Positions 37,755 to 46,571 of a stretch of DNA of 64,000 nucleotides are shown one piece after another. Numbering within the stretch: position 1 is the first letter of the stretch; each line of letters opens with the position of its first letter. Made by a program: the position numbers and the translations under genes. The notes beneath the pieces were generated by a model. It did no database searches. It had not been told where the DNA came from and was given only the letters and a program-made list of their open reading frames with translations. The stretch lies in NCBI GenBank assembly GCA_002869165.1, contig PKTK01000001.1:318005-382004 (forward strand), read 5' to 3'. Source of the DNA: Candidatus Parcubacteria bacterium (lineage in GTDB: Bacteria; Patescibacteriota; Patescibacteriia; Patescibacteriales; UBA12075).

Positions 37755-37901
37755 ATGGAAAATGCGTTTAAATTTGTTTTTGGACTTACTGTCATAGTTT
37801 TTTGTTTAGTAATCATTGGTATTTTTTTGTTAGCTTTAAAAATCTCTCTTATTTGGTTGAGTAGCATTACTTTATTTGGTATACATATGACCGCTGCTTA
37901 A
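37755..37901 (+). CDS. possible 48-aa membrane peptide
   Basis: MENAFKFVFGLTVIVFCLVIIGIFLLALKISLIWLSSITLFGIHMTAA*. Below the track cutoff and no SD. Confidence 0.25.
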   Translation: MENAFKFVFGLTVIVFCLVIIGIFLLALKISLIWLSSITLFGIHMTAA

Positions 37902-38269
37902 ATATGTGTTATAATGGTAATACGTTAATTAATCTACATTATGCGAAGTATCATATAGTGGTATGCTAGGTCGTCTTTTTTATTTAATATTAGCTATAAA
38001 TATCGCTTTTTACTCTATTTTGAATTGTGACGCAAGTAATTCCCCTAAGATATCTAGAGTTTCTAATTATAATTTTTTATTTTTTAATTTTGCAGTTTTA
38101 TAAACGGTTTTTAACTTATAATTTTAAATTTAACAAATCTATTGATTTTTATTTGCTTAAACTAGATTTTTTATTTAAAGACTCAAATTTGGCTTTTTAG
38201 GAACTTTTTAAGACTGTTTAAGTGTCTAGTTACATACTTTGTCATTGAAGTCACCACTCCTTCGTAGGT

Positions 38270-38300
38270 GTTCGTGTTTAAACACGAACAAAACACGAAC
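38270..38300. repeat. 20-bp perfect palindrome plus a third copy of its half-site
   Basis: GTTCGTGTTT|AAACACGAAC (38270-38289), then A, then AAACACGAAC (38291-38300). Confidence 0.9.
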
Positions 38301-38319
38301 TTATGATTTTTAATAATTT

Positions 38320-38363
38320 ATCCTTGTGTATCTTTAAAGATATCTTTAAAGATACACAAGGAT
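38320..38363. repeat. 44-bp perfect, spacerless palindrome
   Basis: ATCCTTGTGTATCTTTAAAGAT|ATCTTTAAAGATACACAAGGAT. It contains two tandem copies of the 12-bp palindrome ATCTTTAAAGAT. Confidence 0.95.
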
Positions 38364-38470
38364 GGATTATATTATTTTGCTTGCAATTATTCTTATTGTT
38401 AACAACAAGTAATTCGTCATTTTAAATTAAAAATAATAAATTAGTCCCCTCTTCAAAAAAAATAAAAATA

Positions 38471-39037
38471 ATGACAAAATATATTTTACATGGTGGTGCT
38501 TCTAGTAAGAAAACACCAAATAATAAAAATTTTTACAAGGAAATATTAGATGGGCTTAAAGATTCTGTTGCAATTTTATGTATTTATTTTGCTAATGATA
38601 AAAGTAAATGGGAAACTAAATTTAAACAAGAACAGGAACGGTTTACTAGTGCCTCCCCTGCTCTGGATATTAATTTTATTATGGCCAGTGATGAAATATA
38701 ATTACTTGAAAAGCAAATAAAAGAAGCTGATATTATTTTTATAAGAGGCGGTAAAGATGTTGTTCCTTTGGTTGGTATTTTAAAAAAGATAGATAAATTA
38801 AAAGATGTCCTAAAGAACAAGTTTGTGATTGGATCTTCTGCGGGTGTCTATGCTCTATCAAAGTACTATATACGAGGTAATGGTGAAATATTCGAAGGTT
38901 TGGGTGTGTTAAATATAAAAAGCATATGTCATTTTTCAGATGACAGGAGTGATTTAGTTGAGAAGTTGTTAAATTATAAAGAGGATTTAGAATTAATAAA
39001 AATCCCAGAAGAAGAGATTGTGCTTATTGAGCAGTAA
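38471..39037 (+). pseudogene. peptidase S51 (peptidase E-like) family protein, interrupted by in-frame TAA at 38699-38701
   Basis: ORFs 38471-38701 and 38768-39037 share a frame. The read-through gives ...ASDEI*LLEKQIKEADIIFIRGGKDVV...VIGSSAGVYAL, the S51 order of motifs. Confidence 0.65.
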
Positions 39038-39083
39038 GACTATTCATTATTTAAATTAATTAAAATAGACGATTTATATATCT

Positions 39084-39113
39084 GGATTCCCGTCTTCGCG
39101 GGAATGACAAAAG
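39084..39113 (+). repeat. GC-rich hairpin element of the ...GGGAATGACAAAA family
   Basis: GGATTCCCG-TCTTCG-CGGGAATGACAAAAG, ending 1 nt before the recombinase ATG. Confidence 0.7.
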
Positions 39114-39114
39114 A

Positions 39115-40080
39115 ATGAGTAAAAAAACTAAACCAATAATTGAATATTTAACAGACTACTTGGATTACTTGGAGATTCAGAAGGGTTTGGCTTCTAAGAG
39201 TCAAGAAAATTATGCTAGGTTTTTGAATAAATTTTTTAATTGGTTACTAGACAATGGTTTAGATAAACTCAAGCCAGAAAAATTAACTGAAAAGCATGTA
39301 TGGAAATATCGTGTGTTCCTTTCGCGACATACTGATCCAAAAACTGACAAAACATTAAAAAAGTCTACTCAGAATTACTATTTGATAGCCCTGCGAAGCT
39401 TGCTGGAATATTTCTCTGAACTTGGGATTCGCTCTCTCTCCCCTACTGCTGTAAAGTTAGCCAAGGATAAAAGTGATAAAGATATTAAATATTTAAAACT
39501 TGAGGAGCTTGAGAAGCTTCTTTTGGCTCCAAAAACAAGTTCTAGGATAGGTCTTCGGGATCGAGCAATCTTGGAAACACTTTTCTCAACGGGTTTGCGG
39601 GTTGCAGAGCTGGTAGCTTTGAACACCGAGCAATTGAAAATAAAATCATCTACTGTAGATATAGAGATTTCAATTATGGGTAAAGGTGAAAAGGTTCGAA
39701 CTATTTATTTTTCAGAACGAGCTGTCAAGCATTTGCGTAATTATTTAAATAAAAGAAATGACATAGATGAAGCTTTGTTTATAAACTATAAGCCCGGTAT
39801 AGAAAAAACCAATGAACCCAGAAGGCTTACTACTAAATCAATTGAAGATATTGTAAAGAAATATGTAAAAATTGCTGGCCTTTCAACCATGATAACTCCG
39901 CACACTATCAGACACTCTTTTGCCACTGATCTACTTGCCCAAGGTGCTGATATTAGATTAGTTCAGGAATTTTTGGGGCACAGGAATATTGCCACTACTC
40001 AGATATACACTCATGTAACCAATAAGCAACTCAAGGACGTTCACAAGAAATTGCATAGTGGCAAGGATATTAAGGATTAA
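39115..40080 (+). CDS. tyrosine site-specific recombinase, XerC/XerD family
   Basis: N-terminal SAM-like domain. The C-terminal catalytic region has GLRVAELVAL, HTIRHSFATDLL and LGHRNIATTQIYTHV. Confidence 0.85.
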   Translation: MSKKTKPIIEYLTDYLDYLEIQKGLASKSQENYARFLNKFFNWLLDNGLDKLKPEKLTEKHVWKYRVFLSRHTDPKTDKTLKKSTQNYYLIALRSLLEYFSELGIRSLSPTAVKLAKDKSDKDIKYLKLEELEKLLLAPKTSSRIGLRDRAILETLFSTGLRVAELVALNTEQLKIKSSTVDIEISIMGKGEKVRTIYFSERAVKHLRNYLNKRNDIDEALFINYKPGIEKTNEPRRLTTKSIEDIVKKYVKIAGLSTMITPHTIRHSFATDLLAQGADIRLVQEFLGHRNIATTQIYTHVTNKQLKDVHKKLHSGKDIKD

Positions 40081-40152
40081 TTGACTTAAAATAAATAAGA
40101 TAATAATATATATTTAATTTTGTACCCATAATAATTTTAAAAGGAGGGGTAA

Positions 40153-40389
40153 ATGTTCATACAGATGTTGGTTAAGACAAGCATTGAAGGTATGATTTAT
40201 AATTATGACCTAAGTGAAAGTGAAGAATTTCATGCTATGTTAAACTATAAACCACCTCAGGTTGCTTTTGGTTATTGGTATAGCGCATTAATAGAGCTAA
40301 AAACACTGCTGTCATCAAAATCTAATGATGACGATGATGTAAGAGATTTTTTGATTAAAGAGTGGAAAGACATCTATCTTTTTTCCTAA
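40153..40389 (+). CDS. hypothetical protein
   Basis: 78 aa. Strong SD (AAAGGAGGGG). Terminator follows. Confidence 0.5.
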   Translation: MFIQMLVKTSIEGMIYNYDLSESEEFHAMLNYKPPQVAFGYWYSALIELKTLLSSKSNDDDDVRDFLIKEWKDIYLFS

Positions 40390-40396
40390 ACAAAAA

Positions 40397-40426
40397 AGCG
40401 TACGAATAATATCGTACGCTATTTTT
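40397..40426. terminator. bidirectional hairpin terminator between convergent genes
   Basis: AGCGTACGA, 6-nt loop, TCGTACGCT, flanked by A-run and T-run. Confidence 0.75.
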
Positions 40427-40437
40427 ATGTAAAAAAC

Positions 40438-41184
40438 TTATTTATTTGTTACACTTTCAAGTGCTCTCAAAACTTCAACAGGCAAGGCAAATACTACGGT
40501 ATTTGATTGATCGCTTGATAAATCATTTATTGACTGCAAAGTTCTAAGATGGAGTGCACCAGTTGAGCCACTAAGAAGTCTGGCAGCTTCAGCCATATTT
40601 TTGGCAGCAGCTACCTCCCCCTCTGCTTTTATAATAACCGCTCTTCTTTCTCTTTCAGCTTCAGCTTGCTTAGCTATAGTTCTTTCCATTTCTTCAGGTA
40701 GACTTACATCTTTTAGTTCAACATTGGAAACTTTTAAACCCCAACCATCTGTTTCTTTATCTACAATTTGTCTGATACGGTCAGCAATAGCATCTCGGTT
40801 AGCTAAAATTTCATCAAGCGTGGCTTCACCAACAATATTTCTCATGGTAGTTTGAGCAAACTGACTGATAGCGTAGCGAAAATTTTCTACTTCTATAACA
40901 GCCTTTTCAGCTGAGGCTACTCGGTAATAAATAACGGCATTCACAAGAACAGAAATATTGTCTTTGGTAATGGCTTTCTGGTCAGGTACATCTACTGCTT
41001 TGATACGCATGTCAACTTTTTGGTATGATTGAAAAACAGGGATTACTAATCTCCAGCCTGGGTTCATTATACCCGTATACCTTCCCATGGTAAACTTAAC
41101 TCCTCGTTGATATTGGTTAACTTGTCTAAGACTTATGACTATTAGAAATAGAAATAATGAAATAGAGGTGAATAAATAATCCAT
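40438..41184 (-). CDS. SPFH/band-7 (stomatin/prohibitin-like) membrane protein
   Basis: N-terminal TM helix, then the SPFH core (VDMRIKAVDVPDQKAITKDNISV..., Ala/Glu-rich EAERERRA tail). Confidence 0.85.
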   Translation of the reverse strand: MDYLFTSISLFLFLIVISLRQVNQYQRGVKFTMGRYTGIMNPGWRLVIPVFQSYQKVDMRIKAVDVPDQKAITKDNISVLVNAVIYYRVASAEKAVIEVENFRYAISQFAQTTMRNIVGEATLDEILANRDAIADRIRQIVDKETDGWGLKVSNVELKDVSLPEEMERTIAKQAEAERERRAVIIKAEGEVAAAKNMAEAARLLSGSTGALHLRTLQSINDLSSDQSNTVVFALPVEVLRALESVTNK

Positions 41185-41203
41185 TTTTTTATATAATTAA
41201 TTA

Positions 41204-42436
41204 TTAAGGTAAATAACTTAGTGGATCAACCGGAATGCCATTTAAACGTACTTCAAAGTGAAGATGCGGTCCGGTGGTCAATCTACCGGCACCGGGTGTA
41301 CCAGGAAGACCCCCTGTTTTTCCTATGGTTTGACCTTGGACAACATATTCATCTTCAGCAATATATATCTTGGAAACATGACCATAAACTGTGGATAGTC
41401 CATCCCCATGAATTATCATGATATAACTGTATCCCGTAGCTCCACCATCTTTTACACGAGCAACATATCCTGAAGCAGCAGCTTTTAGAGTGGTCCCCTG
41501 CCCTGCCCTTATATCAATGGCTGGATGTTCGTAAACGCTTCTGAAGGGGTAGTCAGGATCGTGAAAATAGGCAGTAATCACATTTTTAGGGACTGGCCAA
41601 GCTATACCGTTATCATTAAACTCTATGTCTTTGCCCTCTAAAGCAGCTAATTTTGCTCTCACTTGTTTTTCCATGGTGGCTATTTCAGCAGCTGCATCTT
41701 CTTGCTCCTTTTTGCTAAGTTCAATAAGTCTTTGATATTCACTTTCAGACGAACTAACCTGGGCTATGACAATTTGCTTGGTTTCTTTCTAAGCTTCTAA
41801 TTTATCTAAATTTTGTTCCAGCTCTTCCTTGAGAGAAAGAAGAGCTTGATTCTTTTTGTTAAGTTCTGTTTTGTTTTTATCTAGCTTTTCTTTAAGGTCA
41901 TACAGGTTATCAAGACTAGATTTTATACTAGCATTAATATCTTCAAGATATTTGCTTTGACTCATAAATTCAGACAATGAATCGTTGAGAAGAATTATTT
42001 CTAAATAGCTAACATTATCTTGCTTGTTTAGTATTTTTAAAATATTAGAAATCTTGGTTTTTTCAATTTCAATTTCATTGTTGCTATCATCAATTTCTTT
42101 ATCTGTTTTTTGTATTTCCAATTCAATTCTTTCAATTTCAGTTTCTGTGAGTTCAATATCAAGCTCTGATTTAGCAACTCGATTATCCAGAATAGCAAGT
42201 TGATTGTTTAGTGACGCTTTTTCTTTTTGAGCTTGTTCTATTGCCTCTGAATACTCTTCTTGTCTTTCTTCCAGCCTTTTCATTTCCTGTTTTTTTGAGC
42301 TGATATCGTCGTTTAGTATTTTTACTTCAGAGTTTAGTTGATTTGAAGTTTGTGAGTAGGCAAATTCTCCAAGGTTAACAAAAACTAGTGATAGACAAAG
42401 GATGATGATGGTAGATATTTTGGGGATTAATTTCAT
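41204..42436 (-). pseudogene. M23 (LytM-type) peptidase with N-terminal coiled coil (EnvC-like), interrupted by in-frame TAG at 41789-41791
   Basis: ORFs 41789-42436 and 41204-41674 share a frame, and the 114 nt between them are open (...LDKLEA*KETKQIVIAQVSSSESEYQRLIELSKKEQEDAAAEIATMEKQ...). The C-terminus carries HPAIDI and GPHLHFEV metal-binding motifs. Confidence 0.75.
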
Positions 42437-42491
42437 TTGATTTTATTTATATTTCAAGTATATTATAGCATTTTTTTGTTTTTTTACCAAG

Positions 42492-43976
42492 CTATTTGCT
42501 AGCCTCTTTTATTCTATTAATGCTTTTATTTTTACCTAAAATTTCGGCTATCTCGAAAGGTCCAGGACTGTTTTTTCTAGCACACAGAGATACTCTCATT
42601 GGCCAAAGATATTCGCCAATTTTATATTCATTGGTTTTTAGATATTCAATAATTGTTGTTTCCAAGTGTTCTTTATTCCAGTCGTTTTCACTAATTTTTT
42701 CTAATACTACAATAAGCTTTTTAAGGTTTACTTGCGCATCATCTTTAGTTATTTTTTTCCAAGCAAGCATTTCTTTATCAAGCTCAAGTTTATCTAAAAA
42801 GAAGAATTCAGTCATCTCCCCTATTTCGGATAGTTTTTTCATTCTTTCTTTTTCTACTCTTACTACTTTGAGAAGAAAGTTTTTATCAAAATTCTTAATG
42901 TTGATATTTTTTTCTTCTAAATATGTTTTTAGATATGGTAAACAATTTTTAAGCAAGTCGTCGTCATTTAGGGCTTTGATGTAATGCGCGTTAAAAAAGT
43001 CCAATTTATCTTGATCAAAAACAGCTGGTGAGGTATTTATTTTTTTGTAGTCAAATATTTGAGTGACTTCATCTAAACTTAAGATCTCAACATTTTTGTC
43101 ATTTTTTTTATCTTTGTCGTATGGAGACCAGCCAAGTAGAACATTAAAGTTAATGAGGGCTTGTCTTAGATACCCTTTATTTTTAAAGTCTTCCACTGTT
43201 ACATCTCCTTGGCGTTTGCTTAATTTTCCTCCACCTTTGTTTAGTACAACTGGTAAATGAATAAATTTTGGTATTTCCCAGTTAAAAGCTTTGTATAATA
43301 AAACGTTTTTAGGAAAACTTGGTATCCATTCTTCTGCCCTGGTAACATGAGAGATTTCCATTAAATGATCATCTACTACTGAAGCAAATTGATACGTAGG
43401 AATGCCATTTGATTTGATTAGCACATGATCTTCAAGTTCAGCTGCTTTGAATATGATATCACCACGTAATTCATCATGAACTTTTATTTCTCCTTCAAGA
43501 GGCATTTTTTGTCTAATGGTATATTTTTCGCCTGCTTGAATTCGTTTTTCTACTTTTTCCCTACTTAAGCCCCTGCAAGCTCTGTCGTATCTAGGTGGTA
43601 ATTTGTCTTTTTGTTGAGCTTCTCTTAATTCAGTTAAGCGTTCCGCTGAACAGAAACAGTGGTAAGCTTCACCTTTCTCTAATAATTTTTTGATATATTT
43701 GTCATAAATATCTTGTCTTTCGCTTTGAATATATGGGCCATAGTCTCCTCCAATTTCTGGGCCTTCATCATATTTAATACCAAGCCAATTCAAGATTTCG
43801 ATTAATTTTTCAACTGAGCCCTTGACGTATCTTTTTTGGTCAGTATCCTCAATACGTAACAAAAAATCACCATCTTGACTCTTGGAAATCAAATAAGCGA
43901 AAAGAATAGTTCTCAGACTACCAATATGCAAGTATCCGGTTGGTGATGGAGCAAATCTAGTTCTAACTTTTTTCAT
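42492..43976 (-). CDS. gltX: glutamyl-tRNA synthetase
   Basis: RFAPSPTGYLHIGSLRT (HIGH) and KLSKR (KMSKS), 494 aa. Confidence 0.95.
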   Translation of the reverse strand: MKKVRTRFAPSPTGYLHIGSLRTILFAYLISKSQDGDFLLRIEDTDQKRYVKGSVEKLIEILNWLGIKYDEGPEIGGDYGPYIQSERQDIYDKYIKKLLEKGEAYHCFCSAERLTELREAQQKDKLPPRYDRACRGLSREKVEKRIQAGEKYTIRQKMPLEGEIKVHDELRGDIIFKAAELEDHVLIKSNGIPTYQFASVVDDHLMEISHVTRAEEWIPSFPKNVLLYKAFNWEIPKFIHLPVVLNKGGGKLSKRQGDVTVEDFKNKGYLRQALINFNVLLGWSPYDKDKKNDKNVEILSLDEVTQIFDYKKINTSPAVFDQDKLDFFNAHYIKALNDDDLLKNCLPYLKTYLEEKNINIKNFDKNFLLKVVRVEKERMKKLSEIGEMTEFFFLDKLELDKEMLAWKKITKDDAQVNLKKLIVVLEKISENDWNKEHLETTIIEYLKTNEYKIGEYLWPMRVSLCARKNSPGPFEIAEILGKNKSINRIKEASK

Positions 43977-45183
43977 ATTTTTGTATTGTTTTGTGTAGTT
44001 TTTTAATGTATTTAATAAATGATTCTTGCCTAACTTCTTCTATAATTGTTTTGGCTTCATCTAATGTAAACCATTTCCATTCAATATATTCCCATTCCCT
44101 AATTTTTAAATCAGAATCATCGCCAGTGTATTTTGTTATAGCAAGTGATTGACTTTGACCTTTGTAGTTTCTGTATTGATGATTTTCTTTTTTGGGAAAA
44201 GTGTATTTATGTAAGTTTTTATAAGTGTCTAAAATTTTTATTTTTTTGGTTCCAAGTTCTTCTTGAATTTCTCTAATAGCGGCTGATTCAATCGAATCGC
44301 CATCTATTCCTCCCTGAGGAATTTGCCATGCCCCATTATCATTTCTTTTTATTAAAAGAATTTTATATTGTTTTGCTTCGTCAATTTTATATATCAGACA
44401 GGCGACATTTTTTCTGTATTGAAATTGGTTTATTAATAACCATTTTAAATATTCATATGGAAATAAAAAAATAGCATTAATAATTCTTTTGGTTCTTATT
44501 AATTTTTTATCGCCATAACTTTTAATATTTATTAAACGCCAGAGCCACTCTAAACCAATAAGTTTTAAAATTGCAGGACTTGGTTTGACTTTAGCACTGA
44601 TATAATCAAAACTTCCTCCGACTCCAATAGCAAGTTTTACAAACGGCATTTTAGGTAGATTTTTGTAGATAAATTTTTCTTGGTAAGGGCTGCCAGTAGT
44701 AATAAAGATTATTTCAGGTTTAAAAACATTTATGTTTTGGTAATAAGCCAATGACCATTCTTTATCTATTGATTCGATAGCGAAATTTAGATCTGGATAT
44801 TTTTTCTTGAGCGCCCAGTTAATATCATTTCCGCTTGAAAGTCCGTTTTTCAAGTTGAAAATAGCAACTTTCTTAGCTTCTGTTTCAGCGTATTTTAGTA
44901 GCCAAAGACAAATATCAGAGCCAGCCCAGCGGACAAGATTTTTCCCTTGAAGCCAAGAAGCAAACTTGATACCTATACCATCAGGAATAGACAAAGTAGC
45001 AGAATTTATAATATGGTGCAATTTTTCATCATGGTTTGCATTTAAGACTATTTCAGGATTTGGGGTTACGATATAAGACTGCTTTTCTCCTGCGAGTATG
45101 TCGATTATTTTATTTTGAAAAACTTTTTTATTTGCTCTGTCAAAAGAAATCCCTAAAACATTAATTTTATCAAAATATTCCAT
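43963..45183 (-). CDS. fusion of WecG/TagA/CpsF-family (GT26) glycosyltransferase and NUDIX hydrolase
   Basis: The N-terminal ~245 aa match GT26 (VTPNPEIV, SIPDGIGI, LAIGVGGSFD). The C-terminal part has the NUDIX box GGIDGDSIESAAIREIQEELG. The stop overlaps the gltX start by 14 nt. Confidence 0.75.
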   Translation of the reverse strand: MEYFDKINVLGISFDRANKKVFQNKIIDILAGEKQSYIVTPNPEIVLNANHDEKLHHIINSATLSIPDGIGIKFASWLQGKNLVRWAGSDICLWLLKYAETEAKKVAIFNLKNGLSSGNDINWALKKKYPDLNFAIESIDKEWSLAYYQNINVFKPEIIFITTGSPYQEKFIYKNLPKMPFVKLAIGVGGSFDYISAKVKPSPAILKLIGLEWLWRLINIKSYGDKKLIRTKRIINAIFLFPYEYLKWLLINQFQYRKNVACLIYKIDEAKQYKILLIKRNDNGAWQIPQGGIDGDSIESAAIREIQEELGTKKIKILDTYKNLHKYTFPKKENHQYRNYKGQSQSLAITKYTGDDSDLKIREWEYIEWKWFTLDEAKTIIEEVRQESFIKYIKKLHKTIQKYEKS

Positions 45184-45307
45184 TTATTTATTTAATATTA
45201 GATAAAAATAGTAGTTCTTAAAAACTACTTTTATAATTTAATTATATATGAAAAACTTGTTTTTAGCAATATAATATGATAATTTAAAGTAAATAAAATT
45301 TTAGCTT

Positions 45308-46324
45308 ATGCAAGAAGCAAAATATTATAAAAGTGATAATAAAAAAACAGTTACTTGTAAATTGTGTAATCATTATTGTGTTATCTCAAATAATGGAGTT
45401 GGTGTTTGCAAAAATCGTGTTAATAAAAACGGAAAGCTTTATAGTCTTAATTTTGGCAAGCCAATAGCTCAGAATATAGACCCCATAGAAAAGAAACCAT
45501 TTTTTCATTTCTTACCAGGTTCTAGTACTTATTCTATCGGAGCCCTTGGTTGTAATTTTCTATGTGCTAATTGTCAGAACTATGATATTTCACAAGCTGA
45601 GGAATTAGAAAAAAAGAATGAAATACTTAACTATGTTACACCAATGAGAATACTTGAAGAGGCATTGGGAAATGGTTGTAAATCAATTAGCTATACTTAC
45701 AGTGAGCCTACTATTTTTGCTGAATATGCACTTGAGATAATGAAGTTAGCTCATAAACATAAACTTAAAAATGTCTGGGTTTCCAATGGCTATATGTCTA
45801 AAGAGTTATTGAATGATATTATACCTTATTTAGATGCAATAAATATAGATTTAAAATCGTTTGATGAAAAATTTTATAAAAAAATATGTAATTCCAAACT
45901 AAAACCAGTCTTGGATAATATTCGTATTTTAAAAGAAGAACAAGTACATTTAGAATTAACAACTTTAATTATCCCTGATTATTCGGATAGCATTTCTGTT
46001 ATTTCAGAAATTGCTGATTTTATTGCTACTGAGCTCGATGAAGATACACCATGGCACTTAAGTAAGTTTTCACCTGATATTTCTTGGAAAATGAAGAATT
46101 TGGAAGCTACCTCTGAGGATATCATATATGAAGCTTACGAGGTGGCTAAAGATGCTGGGGTTCGTTATGTTTATGTTGGCAATATACCTGGAGACCAAAA
46201 AGAAAATACTTATTGTTCTAAATGTGGCGAGCTAGCGATCCGTAGGTTTGGGTATCAAATAGAAAGATTGGATGTTAAAGGACATTGTTTTAATTGTGAT
46301 CGGAGCTTGGATATTGTAGAATAA
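45308..46324 (+). CDS. AmmeMemoRadiSam-system radical SAM enzyme (PflA-like activase family)
   Basis: CKLCNHYC...GVCKNR, DPIEKKPFFHFLPGS, GCNFLCANCQNYDIS, C-terminal CSKCG...CFNC. Confidence 0.8.
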   Translation: MQEAKYYKSDNKKTVTCKLCNHYCVISNNGVGVCKNRVNKNGKLYSLNFGKPIAQNIDPIEKKPFFHFLPGSSTYSIGALGCNFLCANCQNYDISQAEELEKKNEILNYVTPMRILEEALGNGCKSISYTYSEPTIFAEYALEIMKLAHKHKLKNVWVSNGYMSKELLNDIIPYLDAINIDLKSFDEKFYKKICNSKLKPVLDNIRILKEEQVHLELTTLIIPDYSDSISVISEIADFIATELDEDTPWHLSKFSPDISWKMKNLEATSEDIIYEAYEVAKDAGVRYVYVGNIPGDQKENTYCSKCGELAIRRFGYQIERLDVKGHCFNCDRSLDIVE

Positions 46325-46354
46325 AACAAAAATCAAAAGTAAAAATCAAAAAAC

Positions 46355-46375
46355 AGGCGCATAAGCGCCTTTTTA
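46355..46375 (+). terminator. rho-independent terminator
   Basis: AGGCGC-ATAA-GCGCCT followed by TTTT. Confidence 0.75.
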
Positions 46376-46417
46376 TTATTTGTTTTGTGATATGTTTGCA
46401 TGCATTACCGAAATATC

Positions 46418-46446
46418 TTGACACTAATAAGCGTATATACTATTAT
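46418..46446 (+). promoter_or_regulatory. sigma-70-type promoter of clpB
   Basis: TTGACA (46418-46423), 17-nt spacer, TATTAT (46441-46446). Confidence 0.7.
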
Positions 46447-46450
46447 AAAA

Positions 46451-46477
46451 TTAGCACTCCCCTATTGTGAGTGCTAA
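46451..46477 (+). promoter_or_regulatory. CIRCE operator (HrcA binding site)
   Basis: TTAGCACTC-N9-GAGTGCTAA, a perfect match to the CIRCE consensus, 4 nt downstream of the -10. Confidence 0.85.
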
Positions 46478-46571
46478 ATATCATTTATTTTTAATTTAAA
46501 ATTAACTATAATAACAGTATAAGTATATCCAGATATATATCAGGATATTTATACATAAAAATAATAAAACC

